Both the position numbers and the translations under genes were made by a program. A DNA stretch of 64,000 nt from positions 124,001-188,000 of the forward strand of contig JBPGPT010000005.1 of NCBI GenBank assembly GCA_051047955.1. Direction: 5' to 3'. The notes beneath the pieces are model-generated. The model was not told where the DNA came from. It saw only the letters and a list, made by a program, of their open reading frames with translations, and did no database searches. The DNA is from Cystobasidiomycetes sp. EMM_F5 (Eukaryota). Below are positions 1 to 12,498 of the stretch, in pieces. Position 1 is the stretch's first letter. Each line of letters opens with the position of its first letter.

Positions 1-467
1 TACGTCTATGCCTAGCAAAGAGGGAGGGACAGAGTATGTTGCCCTGTCGCAGATTGACAATGGACAGAGCGTGCAGGGGAATAAAGAAGCGGCTGGTGCA
101 AACAAGCTTAATGCACACACACGGCAGCCATCGGTTCCCTCGGCGGATCAGGGGCCTATCGGACGAGCTCTCGTGAAGCTGCCCGTGAGATGTGTGGTCA
201 TCTTGTGCACCATCTGGGCAGTCAATCTGCTATATCCGCGAGCGCATCCAAGTCAAGGGCATCTGCTGCCAGGAAGTTAGCTGGAGTAGCCACGGCGTTC
301 AGTGAGTAGACTGTAGATAGTAGAGGATGCTTTGCGAATGGCAAACCTCGTCAACTTTGTTGTGTCTGTCGATGTCATCGATCAGTTTTGGCAGCACGTT
401 GCGGGTTGTCTGTCAATCTCTAAAGACAGTCACCCCTTCTGACGACCATCCTGCACCACCATACACT

Positions 468-3107
468 ATGAGCGGACATGCTTCGACTTCAGCTTCCGCG
501 AGCAGCAGCAATGGCAGATCTGGCCAGACCCAAACTGCTGGACGAGGCAGAGGCAGCAGCAGCAGCAGCAGCAGCAAAGGCAAGGGTCGAGCTGGAAGCC
601 ATGCTGGGCGTGGCCGTGGAGTGAGACGGGCAGCCGACTACACGCCCACGCCCGAAGTCATCGCACCCCACTCTGCCATCAGCGAAGCAGCCCGTCTGGC
701 AGTCGAGCGGGCTGAAGAGAAGGCGAAAGCGGAAGCTGCAGTCTTGGTCGACGGCAGCGACGTGGACGGCGAGCTCGTAGCGAATGAGGAGCGCGAGGTG
801 GAGCTGTGCTACATCTGCGCCGAGCCAGTAAAGTACTACGTCCTGGGCATGTGCAGCCATCGAACATGTCACGTATGCGCTATCCGACTGCGAGCGCTGT
901 ACAAGAAGAAGGAGTGTACGTTTTGCAAGGTGGGTGGAATTACTGTCCCCGCTGGAGCGATTGTCGACTGAAGAGTTTGGATGATTTGCAATTCTACAGC
1001 TCGATCTGCCGACAGTGATAGGCACAGTCGACTCTGACATGCACTTCCAAGACTACCCACCTGACGCATTCCCGTGTTCAGATGCCCGCTTAGGTATCGC
1101 TTTCGAGACGGCCGAAATGATGGAAGATACGATGGCTCTACTGCGCTTCAATTGTCCCCAACTCGACTGTGACTATCTGGCAAACGGCTGGCTAGATCTA
1201 AAGAAACATGCTCGTACCGAACACGACCGCGTGTTCTGCGATTTGTGTACCAAGCACAAAAAGATCTTTTCCCACGAGCATACCCTATTCACGTTGCTCG
1301 ACCTGAAACAGCACATCAAGTCTGGCGATCCCGTACCAGTGTCAACGAGCGATGCAGGCAACACGGGCTTTACTGGCCATCCAGAGTGCGAGTTCTGTCG
1401 AATTACATTCTACGATTCGGATCAGCTGTTTGCACACTGCAGAGACCGACACGAGCAGTGCTTTATATGTATTCGGAATGGCGTCGGCCGATACCAGTAC
1501 TATGTAGACTATCCGCACCTGGAAACGCACTTCCAATCTCAGCATCATCTCTGCCTGAACCCACAGTGCCTTGAACAGAGGTTTATCGTCTTTGATACTG
1601 AGCTGGATCTTCAGGCGCACTTCATTGCCGAACACGGAGCTACCGTTGGCAAGACGTCACGACGTGTGGAAACCAACTTTAGTTATACATCTCCACCAGA
1701 TCCGCGTGCAGGCGGAGGAGTGCAGATGCGACCTCGCCAGCCGGTAGTACATGCTTCAAGGACCACACCTGTGTCGAATCCAATACATGTAGAACATGAT
1801 CCTGTACCGACGGCATCCTCCAGTACGGCCAATGAAGTCGTTGGTAGCCGTGGCAGAGTCGTGCCAGGTCTACAACGCGGCGGATTTAATACTACCCTTT
1901 CCGACACTTCAACACCCAACAAAACTGAAAAGAAGCCAGCTCGCGATGTTCCAACTATGGAGGAATCGATTACAGGAATACGTCAGACGGATCCAATGAT
2001 GGCAGCGTGAGTCCACTGACATACATTGCAAAATACCACTGACTTGACATCCTTACAGGCGGCATGCTTCGCTGTTGTCTCGCGTAAGCCAAGCAGTTGG
2101 CGGATCTGATACAAAGCTGGCAGGGTACCGGAGTACAGGTGTGTTTTGTGTCTGCGACAGCCATATTCAGCAGTCTGATGCATAGGCTAGTCCGCTCCTA
2201 TCGCAGTTCTGAGATGTCTGCGCTGGATGCCGTCAAAGGGATATACGCTCTGCTCGACAATCAGGCAGATCTTTCTGCGCGGATAGTGACATCAACGGCA
2301 GATTTGCTTGACTCGCACGACAAACGAAATGAACTGAATAATGCATGGCATGCATTCCAGACTGACATCATGCAGAATGTCGATGCGTTCCCCTCACTGG
2401 TGCCGACTGCTCCGATGACTCAAGGCAGGTCATTCGGTATCCCTGTATCTGGCTCCAGCACGACCATCCGATCTTCCAGCTCCAACCGTAGCCTTTTGCC
2501 AAGATCTGCAAAGCAGAACAACTCTGCCCTTTGGGCTCGTGTAGAACAAGCTGCCGCCAACAAGAATGTAGGAGCGGTGCCGGGTCTTACAACACGTATC
2601 GCGGCTACCAAAGCCAAGGACAAGTTCCCAGCATTGCCCTCTTCGCAGCACGCCGTGTCATCACAGCAACCAAGAGGTGCAACTCCATGGGCTTCCTCAC
2701 GGCAGCCCGTGACTTCACCTGGTTCGACATACTTTCCCGTCGCGTCAGCATCTGCAGCATCGTCACTTGCGCCTTCGCGAACGCAATCACCGGCCTTTTC
2801 CAAGCCTGTGGCGAAACCGCCATCCACAAGTGAATTTCCCGGCTTACCAACCTCCAGCGTGCTTCAAGCTCGGGCGGCGCAAAAGGCGGCAATTTTTGGA
2901 AGAACGAACGAGGCGTCGCCGTTGACGACGGGCGGGAAGAGCTGGAGTTCAATCAGCCCATCTGCCACCGAGGAAGTGCAGGATGCTTTTCCAGGCCTGA
3001 GCATGAGCGCTCCGAGTACGAATGGTGCGCACGGTAGTGGTAATCCTTCCTCAAGCGGGACAAAGAAGAAAAAGGGCAAACAGGTGCTGTTGCACTACGG
3101 CTTGTAG
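468..3107 (+). CDS. HEL2: RING-type E3 ubiquitin ligase Hel2/ZNF598 (ribosome quality control), multi-exon
   Basis: RING CYIC...CSHRTCHVC...CTFC, then C2H2 zinc fingers (FCDLCTKHKKIFSHE, GHPECEFC...HCRDRHEQCFIC), low-complexity C-terminus ending KKKKGKQVLLHYGL; first intron 930-999 (GT...CAG). Confidence 0.9.
555..575 (+). repeat. (AGC)7 microsatellite encoding poly-Ser in HEL2 exon 1
   Basis: Seen directly; translates as SSSSSSS. Confidence 0.9.
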
Positions 3108-3229
3108 ATAGCCGTCTTTATTGTCGTTGTTCTAATTATTACTTCGTATACACCTGCTTCAATACTCGCAAGTTCGCGATAGCGCACGTCTGTCAACAGT
3201 TTGAGCGTAGTTTTGCGTGTTTGTTGTTT

Positions 3230-3252
3230 ACGCGTCCCGGTCGCGTCGCGTG
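3230..3252. promoter_or_regulatory. MCB-like (MluI cell-cycle box) cluster upstream of CTF4
   Basis: ACGCGT at 3230-3235 and TCGCGTCGCGTG at 3241-3252, just upstream of an S-phase replisome gene. Confidence 0.6.
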
Positions 3253-3279
3253 ATCGATTTCGACCAGGTTTCCGCCGAA

Positions 3280-6200
3280 ATGGAGAGCTTTCTGCTTGCG
3301 TCCAAGCCTTTGCCCAAACCTGCAGCCATGACTGGTCATGCTGGTCATGCAACGCGTAAAGGCGCCGTCCACGAAGCTGGGGTCACCAGGCTCGTCTATT
3401 CGCCAGAGGGAGACCGGCTGTACACTGGCGGATCAGACTCGTTCGTCCGAGCATGGAAGGGCGACCCAGCGAGCAATGCCGATGATTCGACTTACATCAT
3501 CGACCACCATATGGCTCCCATACTGGCTCTGGACGCCTCTGTCCGTCTCCGGCTGGCGAAACGATATGTTTTTACTGATTTGAATGTGGAATATTTAGAT
3601 GGAGGGGCTCGTCACTGGCTCTGAAGATGGAACATGCGCTCGCTTCTCTCATGGCAGCGAAGATTTGGTGGACCTTGTTACAAGATCAGAACTCGGACTC
3701 TCGATAAGATGCGTCGCGTTCTCGCCGAATGGCAAAAGAATTGCTGTAGCGTCAGAGTAAGCAGAGAGATTGGAAGTCAATAGCGATATACCGTCTCACA
3801 AATGCTTCACTTTCAATCATATACAGTGAAACCTCGGTCAAAATCATCGATGCTCGCGATATTACCAAGGTTCAAATGCTTGAAGGTCATACCAAGTCAG
3901 TACGGGCTGTCACCTGGTCGCCGGATAGCAAGCTAGTTGTACGTCCCTAGCATAAGATAGCAGTACTGCTTAAGCTAACAATAAACCAAGACAACATCTG
4001 GTAGCGACGGCACCATCCGTGTCTGGGATGTGTCGAGCACATCGGAACAAGAGCCGAATTGCGTGCAGATTCTGGACACTCTGATTGCAGAAGAACAGAC
4101 TGAAAGCATGCTGCAATGTAGCGCGGTATGGCACCCGAATGCCAAATACTTTGTCGTCGGAACAAGCTCGCACGAAATTGGTATCGTGTCGCGAGCTACA
4201 TGGGAGCGAGAAGGTGCCTTCGAGATAGATGGGCATACCGGTGCAATTACTGCTCTAGCATTTTCGAGTAACGGACGATACTTGTGTTCTGCAGCAAATG
4301 ATAATGCCATCAAGATTTGGGACTCTACGACCCGCAAAGTCGTTGCTACCGGTGAAAATGATACAGGTTCAATTGTCGCGCTGGCTTGGCGTCCTGGAGC
4401 GGGCTCAAACAGCATATCGTACATTGATGATGGCGGGAACCTGACTAGATGGGATAGCGTCATTACATCCGACTTGCCGCATCCGAATGATGCCCCGCCT
4501 GCGGGGAACCAACGCACTACGACCCACAATGCAAGGAAAGCAAGCGTCGATCTTTTTCCCGTTCAGATAGAAGCGGAAGAAGACGCTAGTGAGATCAGAC
4601 AAAGGAGACATCCGAAGCTAAACGACGACGACCTCGATCTGGATTTGGACGGAGGCGACTTCCTTGACGATGATGGAGCTAGCGATCTTGACGATTTCGT
4701 CGAAGACGACAATGATGAAGCGATATACCAAAGCCGAAAACCTACATCTGATCTGCCTCTGGCTCTTTCCAAAGGTACTGGACGTAACGAAGTCCAGATT
4801 GGTAATACATCTACCTGTGCGTAATTCATACACCTGGTCATAACAAAGCTGACGGACTCATCTTTGGGCCTCAGCGAGTTTCAACAAAGGTCAGGAGCCA
4901 TTCCAAACTGGGGCGACACCCCTCAAGGAGAAAAGACGGTATCTAGGTAGGTCCGCTAGGAGGAATTTACCCCGCTGGGGTGCGAACCTGATGAATAACG
5001 ATGCCAACAGCATTCAACATGCTCGGTGTCATCCACGTTGTTGAGCGCGATTCCCACAATATCGTCACTGTCGACTTTCACGATCAGTCAAGCCATCCGT
5101 CGAGTAATTTCGATGACTTCAGTAAATTCACCTTGGGAGCCCTTGGACCGCAGGGCGCCGTATACGCGACGTCATCCAAAGAAGTAGGAGCTACCAACAT
5201 ACTGAATTTCCGTTCTTTCACTTCCTGGGGAAATAGCAACAGTGATTGGAGCATAGAGTTTCCGGCTGGGGAACGCGTGACGGCTCTGACCATTGGCGGG
5301 AATGCTAAATCTGGTCCTGACGACGCTGAAGACGGCGACGAAATGCTTGACAATGTAGCAGGCAGCGGTACGATTGTCGTTGCTACATCCCGTAATTTCT
5401 TGCGCTTCTTTTCGGGCACCGGCACGCAACAGTATGCCATCAATCTCGGTGATGAAGTAGTGGCCATTTCTGCTGGTCGAGATTGGCTGCTCGCTGTTCA
5501 CCGGCCGAGCGAATATATTGTGCAAGGTCAGTCTGCGTGAATGTATGACACGACCCGCAACTTACAATGTAGTATTGTTCATCAGGCCGGCAAAACCTAG
5601 ATTACACCATGATTGACCTAGACACGTATGAGGTTGTGCAAAGGGGACGCCTACCGTTACCGAGTAAGACAACCTTGAGCTGGATCGGATTCTCGGCCAA
5701 CGAAATGCCAGCCATGGTCGACAGCGCCGGCCTTGTATCCATCATGGACAGATCGCGCAGACCTGGTCAAGGGCGCTGGACGCCGGTTCTCGATACTATG
5801 TCCCTCGCTCGAAGAGAAGGAAAGCAAGAATCGTACTGGCCCGTTGGCATCTCGGCAAACAACTACATTTGCATTATACTGAAAGGCGGAGACAGATTCC
5901 CGTATTTCCCCACCCCCATAACGCAAGATCTGCCTCTGCAGATTCCTCTTCTTGGGATAGCAGATAGCGGCAGCGCAGGCGAGTGGGAGGCGAAAGCCTT
6001 GCAGTCGCGCCTGTTGTGTGGCTACTCTCGTGACTGCTTGCCAGCAGACGATGCGCTAGCCACTTCCCCGGCCGTACGTGAGATCAAGTCTCAGATAACA
6101 ATGCACGACAATGAAATGGAGAAGTCACTGTTGCGCTTGCTTCAGCTCGCTTGTAAAGCGGGTCGTCAACAGCAAGCATTGGAGCTAGCTCGTATGCTTA

Positions 6201-7478
6201 TGACGCCTCAAGCGCTACAAGGCGCATTGAAATTAGCAGATCTGTATCACCTTGCTGGCCTGATACCCCGCATAGAGGCCCTCCTTTATGCCCGACAAAG
6301 TCGTGGATGGCGCGAGCAGAACGAACGCAATAAGCGCGAGGGTAAATACGCCCACCTAGTGGACACGGCCACCATCAGCGATTCATCCATTGAGCTGTCG
6401 TTGGCTCGAAGTGGCGCTACTGGATTATCTGATACTGCAAATCTACTGTCAAAACCATTTGAGGCACGCAAGAAGCCCAAAGTTACAGCAAGCTCCGTCT
6501 TTTCCGATTCCAAGCCAAAAGCCAAGCCTGCACCCGCCAAAAGCGAGTCTCGGATACTGTCAGGCAGCGGTGCTGATTCCGAGAATGACAATGAAGATAG
6601 TCTTACATACAACGCGGACGTCTACGACAACGAGCAAGACCAAGACTATCGACGCCGGGATTACGACTCTGCTCTGCCGGAGGATACGCCGATTGTCGCG
6701 AGTGCGCCGAGAGGACGTAAGCTTGTCTAATTCCGATAACATTTCATCCGTGCCATTGTCTGACTCAAAGATGCTATAGCTTTCAATCCTTTTGCAAAAA
6801 AAGCTCAACCCATCAAGAGTACGCCGGTCAGTTCTAGCCTGCCGAACCCATTCAGTACGAAGCAGGGAGTGTCGTCCAACCCATTAAAGAAAACCGGCTC
6901 GTTTTTTGACCGGGTCGACGCTGCGAATGTTGCACCAGCTGGTGGAGCGACGAAACAGTCTACATTGTTCGGATTACCCGCCGTGCCCAAAGAAGCTGTG
7001 GAGAAGAAGACCTCCAAAGGTGGACGGAAGCGTAAAAGCGACGTTGCAGATGCTCCCACAGCGGACAGCGATTCGCAAGCGGAAAGCCAGCCGAAAGCAA
7101 AGAAGGCCGCCAAGAAGTTGCAGTCCTTCTTCGGTAAGAGTCCTGCCACGAGCGAACCAGTGGCGTTATCTGCAAGCCCAGCACGAATGACGACGGAAGA
7201 GTTGTCGACAGTCGGCGAGGTACGTCATTTCTGTGGTTTCTTGGCTACATGCGCTCATACACGGCACTCTTCAGGAGAAGATCTCTAGCGAAACTGAGCG
7301 GGTTCCAGAGGATGACAATAGTAGCGAAACCATTGAGGCGGATGCCAATGAACCCGTCACTCCGGCAGCGGACGCAGTTGACGACTTGGCCATCGACGTG
7401 AGCGTGCAGCAAATGGAAAAGCCTGTCATCGATGGTACAGCCAAATTCGAAGCGTTCAGATTTGCGGCTGTCGCATGA
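3280..7478 (+). CDS. CTF4: Ctf4/Mcl1/AND-1 replisome hub (N-terminal WD40 + SepB domain), multi-exon; start at 3280 or 3328
   Basis: WD40 repeats (LYTGGSDSFVRAW, GHTGAITALAFSSNG), acidic linker, FQTGATP..EKRRYLAFNMLGVI, WTPVLDT...ESYWPVG, helical C-domain LLRLLQLACKAGRQQQALEL. Confidence 0.9.
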
Positions 7479-7544
7479 TCCAAACCGCCAGATCTTCAAG
7501 CATGCTACATCCTAGTCATTCAACGGCATTTTTGCGAGCCTTTC

Positions 7545-7566
7545 TGTTGTTGTTGTTGTCGTTGTA
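7545..7566 (+). repeat. Short imperfect (TTG)n microsatellite downstream of the CTF4 stop
   Basis: tgttgttgttgttgtcgttgta. Confidence 0.7.
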
Positions 7567-7703
7567 GTGATTACTGCGCGACAGACATTGTGAATGGAGT
7601 CTCCTTCGAGGCGATATGACAACAACAGTGTTAATCCCACTTCCTTCAGGCTTAAGACGGGCCACTAGTAGTCAGGCTCCGAATGTTCAAAGGACACTCG
7701 GGT

Positions 7704-8628
7704 CTACGCAGCAACGCTGTGAGTAAAGTCACTTGTCAGACTCGAGCCGTCAGCAGAATCTAGCTTAGAACGCTCACAAAGGTATCCTGAATCCGCTCAT
7801 AAGAGCCCTGGCTTGATCTTGGGCGCCCAGACCCCGTACGTTTGTAATGAAGGACAAATTGAAGCCATGAAGGCGAGGGAACTGCTCGACGTTCAACTCT
7901 GTGCCGGGAAACAGGCCCATAGCAGCTGGAGGGAGACCGAACGACACGACACCGCTAACTTGGGCTGGCGACTTCAGATTGGTCGACGGCGGGGGAATCT
8001 TGACACCGTTCCAGTCTTTTAATCGGGGCAGAACGAGCTCTACCAGTGTCTCCAGAAAGGACCACATTGCTTCGCCCTTTAAGGAGACTTTGGCACCGCA
8101 TACTTGGCCTGCCCGAACTTTGAAGGATGCCGATGCCTTCTTTGTGTGTAAAACTTGTATGCCAGACTTTGCAGACCCGGAAGTCGACTCTGCCGCAAAG
8201 CCAGGTAAGGGTTGTCCCGTCATTGCTTGCAGGCCAGCTATGGCCGACAGGACCTGTGATTTATTCACGGCCGCCTCTTTTACAAAGGTATTGATGACAA
8301 TTTCCTCGAGCCGTACCACGTTATCGGCAGCAACCATCCGCGTCGCTGGAATCAGACTACCACCTCCTCGGGGTTTCTTCGCAGGCCTGTTTTTCGTGTA
8401 TGGATTCTCTGGATCCCACGCGAGCTGGTCGGCTTTTCTGAGGTGCGGCGGGATGAGCCGGGCAGGAGGTACGGTGTGGTCGTAGGTGAGGTAGAGCAGG
8501 TCCTGGGCGAGCACGCGGTGGTAGTGCTCTGCGTATCGCTGGGGCGCGAGGGAGCTGGTCGCATTTCGCAGCGATATCGCGGTCGGGCGCAGGGCAGACG
8601 TAGACGCGGAAGCGACTGCCGAGGTCAT
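7704..8628 (-). CDS. MRPL7: Mitochondrial ribosomal protein uL5m (MRPL7), with a short terminal exon
   Basis: DLLYLTYDH, NPYTKNRP, LQAMTGQ, FKVRAGQVCGAKVSLKGEAMWSFLETLVELVLPRLKDW; the final intron gives ...FRIPFVAA*. Confidence 0.9.
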
Positions 8629-8811
8629 TGTAGACGAGGTGTATACAATGTCGATTAAATGGTCAGAAGCAGAGTCGTTAACTTAGCTCTTGTAATTGCA
8701 GGATATTCGACTCGATCATCGACTCTGGAAGACATCGAGCAGCCAGGACACCTGTTTCAAACTCAACATCTGCACGCTGGCTCACAGCTACGCTGATATT
8801 TCTGCAAAACT

Positions 8812-10646
8812 ATGCGTCAGTATGGCGTACGCTCACTCAGCAGTCTGGCAACCTCGTCCGGCAAGGGAAAGCAACCGCTCGCTGCACTGTCCAGAAATTT
8901 TGGTGGACCTGCGACATTAGGAGCCTGTGAACAGGATTGCCTTGGAATTGGGGACCAATTGCGGCACAGCAGTAGCACAATCAATGCGTACGACAATGCA
9001 TCGGGCTCCGCGTCCAGCAGCAGCTTTCGCGGTATCGCTGCCGCAACCTCTTCAAATTCACACATTCACCATCACTCCGCACGCCAGCAGTCCTCTTCCC
9101 AAAGCACTTCTACACACACACGATCAGCTCTTGTTCGCCCAATACGTCTAGTCCCCCCGAAATCCCTATTCAACGAACCCTCGACGACGCCTCTTCGTCG
9201 CCTGCGAGAAAGACGCAAAGGAGCCCCGCCATCTGGCGGTAATCCTACTCTTCCGGCACCCTCGCAGAGAGAACGCGAGATTGCACGCCTCTATGCTCTG
9301 CGATCACCACCGTCAATCGCTGCCCTATCTGCACTGGCAGAAAGGATATCGCCTGCATTGCTTGGATCGAGATCAGGCAAAGACAACGACAAGATGTTGG
9401 CGATGCTTGAGCAGTGCTGTACATGTCGCTCTTTTTGGACTGAAGTCGACGAATATGAAAAGCGAAATTTGATAGTAAAGGAAATGAGAGCTTCGGCCGA
9501 CCGTACGAACGATATTCCAGCGGCGCCGGCAGCGGCCACGCCACAACGATATACACACCATCTTGATGCAACGAGGGCGCACAATGAAGCATTTGCCACG
9601 CTTGGCAATCACCTCCTTGGGGTCTTTGCTGTAGAATGGCTAGAAGCGCGATATCCGCATTTGCCAGAAAGGTTAGTCAAGATGCAGGATAATGATACAT
9701 TCGTGGGCACTGACTCATTACCTCATACAGAGTTCTTAAAGCGGCTCTCACTCTTTACGTAGGGCCTCGAACCTGTGTAGACATTGCGACCAAGCAATGG
9801 GGTCTTACTTCAGGGCAAGCCGCTCGTCAAGCGTACCTGGCTGAACATGCCGGGATCGGCCTTACACATCGTCCAGGAACTCCCACGCGAGGCGTAGGTG
9901 AGGGAGGGCGAGGTGGAGCTGGCCTACTCCGCTGGGGCAAGCAGGACTCTTTCGATGCCCTGCTGCAGCGAGTCCGCAAATTGGATACGTCGGCAGATAA
10001 CGACAATGCTTCTCGTACACCATTACCGCTGGAAGAAGCCTTGACTTCAGCTACAAAAGCTGTAGTAGGCTTAATCTTCCAAGAACATGTATGTTGCGCC
10101 TCCTTGGTTGGTGGCCGTACGACAGAGCTGATATACCTCATCTCACAGGGCTTTGCCGCAAGTCGGAAATTTGTGCACTCAGTCTTCCTGTCGCGGCAGG
10201 CAGACATCGCGGGGCTGCTCAAGTTTCCCGTCCCAAAGTACACGCTGTCGGCGACTCTAGCAAAGTACAAGCGAGAACGACCCGTGTCTCGGCTGATAGC
10301 GGAGACAGGTCGTCTGAGTATCGCGCCGGTGTTCGTCACTGGCGTATATAGTGGGTCTACCAAGTTGGGCGAAGGGTACGGATCGAGTATTGCCATGTCA
10401 GAATACCGGGCAGCCGAGGATGCACTTCGTCGCATCTACCTAAGTCCATCTGCAGAGGATCCGCTAGCTGCTTCATTTGGTACAACGATAGGCGCAAAGA
10501 AGCAGCAATATGATGCGGAGCATGAATTGGAGCTGCCCACAGACACACTAGTCTACCCAGGCAGACGGCTGTCGAAGACTACAAGGATCCCGGATGACGA
10601 GATTATCTGGCAGAGCAGCGGGAGGTCATCTTTCAAACGAACGTAG
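8812..10646 (+). CDS. MRPL3: Mitochondrial ribosomal protein mL44 (MRPL3; RNase III-like + dsRBD)
   Basis: HNEAFATLGN..L...AVEWLEARYPHLP and PVSRLIAETGRLSIAPVFVTGVYSG..KLGEGYGSSIAMSEYRAAEDAL; long Arg/Ser-rich presequence. Confidence 0.85.
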
Positions 10647-10996
10647 TTGCCAGATGTGCCCGAATCATTGTTGTCGTAATGTCACATGCTGCAATGACAG
10701 TAGCTCAAAGCTCTTACGCGAAGTCGATTCAACACGCCATTTGACAATTGACGGGCTCGCACTTTACGGCGCTTGTTTAGAGGCTTGCCCATATATTTGA
10801 CTATGTCGGCCTCATACACCATCCGAGATCAACTTCGACTCTCTGCTCATTATTCATAGCACGGTTACAATAGAACGATTCCAAAGACCCCGTCATCTCG
10901 ATCTTTATGTAGCAGGCGGCCATGTGTACGATAGCATTTGTGCAACATGTTCCACTACACCCTAGCATGTCCCAGTATTGTGTCTTTCCCGCCAAT

Positions 10997-12212
10997 CTAC
11001 GAGTCCTCTTCCGCGTGGATGCGCTCTGTAATTGTGACGGTATCATCTGATACGACTATGAGTTCGTCTACATCGCCAGATACATCTTTGAGTACGGCCG
11101 TCGACGATGAGCTATATGTCGTAGCAGGTTTTCTCCATTCTTCCGTTGCCCAAGCCACAACGAACGCTGCGATTGCAGCTTTCGTCCCGTTCTCGAGCCC
11201 AATGACAGCACTAGCCAGGGGTTTTATGGGCAAAAGATTGAATGTTGAAAGTGCGTTGGTGGGAGCTGTAAGAAGGAAAGCGAGTCCTGCAAGAGACGCC
11301 GGCGATTTCTTCGGGAGGTATAAGAGACCGAGAACGAGTGATATGAGGGATAGGGGTAGGGCGGAAAGTATATGGGTTGGCATGGATTGCGGTGTGACTG
11401 CTGACCTCAAGATTGGGACTGCAATGGATGGGTGTTCTATCAACAACAATCAGCATGGAGTGTGCAAGTCCTTCACACATCACATCCTTACTGAGCGCTT
11501 CTGCGAAAGATGGGGCGGCAGCACTCAAATATGCCGGCATCTGTACGTCCAGCACATTGTTTCGTATCATAGACTGCAGATACATTCTCTCGGAGATATA
11601 GCCAAACAGTGCATTGATGAATGTACTGATTCCGATAGCGTAGAATGCCATCTCCACGCGAGAGCGAGTTGCCGACTGAATTGGACTCTCAGACGATGGA
11701 CTCTTGAAGAATGCTGGAGCTTTCGGCTCAATCTTTGATATGTTCCACAGAGCCGCCGAAGATGCAAAGATGTCTGTAACGAGTACTTGGCCTAGCGTCT
11801 TGTGGGACAAGAGGAAGTGATGCGAGAGCAAGAGGTACAGCGGAACCCTCGCCAAAAGGCACAGCAAAACACCGAGGAAGGGAGCATCCGCCCGTCTTTT
11901 GTGACCGTTTGTCTCTCTCGACCAGACGTAGACTGCCAGCGTGAGGTCCCACAGGCGGATGGCTACAATGTACAAGTACGAGACGTCATCCCGCTCAATG
12001 GGTGCCAGCTCCTGCGGGACAGCAAGGTCAGATGCGAAGCAACTTCGGGGTCAATAAGAGCAACTATGACGGACTCGTGCGAGGTCTGGTCCAAAGATGG
12101 GCAGCCGGGGATTGAAGCACAAGTTGCGCAGGATTGTCGCAACGAAGAAAGCGGAGCCCAAGGCCAGGTAGGCTCGCCCGGAGGGTGGCAGTCTGTCCAG
12201 CACGTAGCTCAT
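10997..12212 (-). CDS. Hypothetical multi-pass membrane protein, about 3 exons (3' end uncertain)
   Basis: MSYVLDRLPPSGRAYLALGSAFFVATIL spliced to ORFs 11211-11975 and 10997-11449, which have several hydrophobic helices. Confidence 0.65.
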
Positions 12213-12498
12213 GAAGTGCAGTGTATGCGAGACAGCGCAATGCAGAATATTCTTCGTTTATAATAAAACGGTCAAAGATCAAGCAATCCATGCCGTCATT
12301 TTGCAGGATTTCAAGACTTGGACACTGCAAACTGGCGAGAAATTCCAATAAAACCTCAAGAAAGGGCTGCTGGTGTCACTGCAAGAGTCCGCATACCGAT
12401 AACACTGCCGCAGAGCTCGTCAAGGCTTCAGGACTGCCTTGCATGGTCTGCAGCTGTCTCCAAACTGGCTGGACCGGCTTTAAACGAGCATTCGCGAT

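Noticed and set aside
8..280. 90-aa ORF at the window start
   Set aside because: No motif; probably intergenic or part of a neighbouring locus that cannot be resolved here
10938..11738. 266-aa + strand ORF
   Set aside because: Antisense to a better-supported spliced membrane-protein gene; GTG start and no motif
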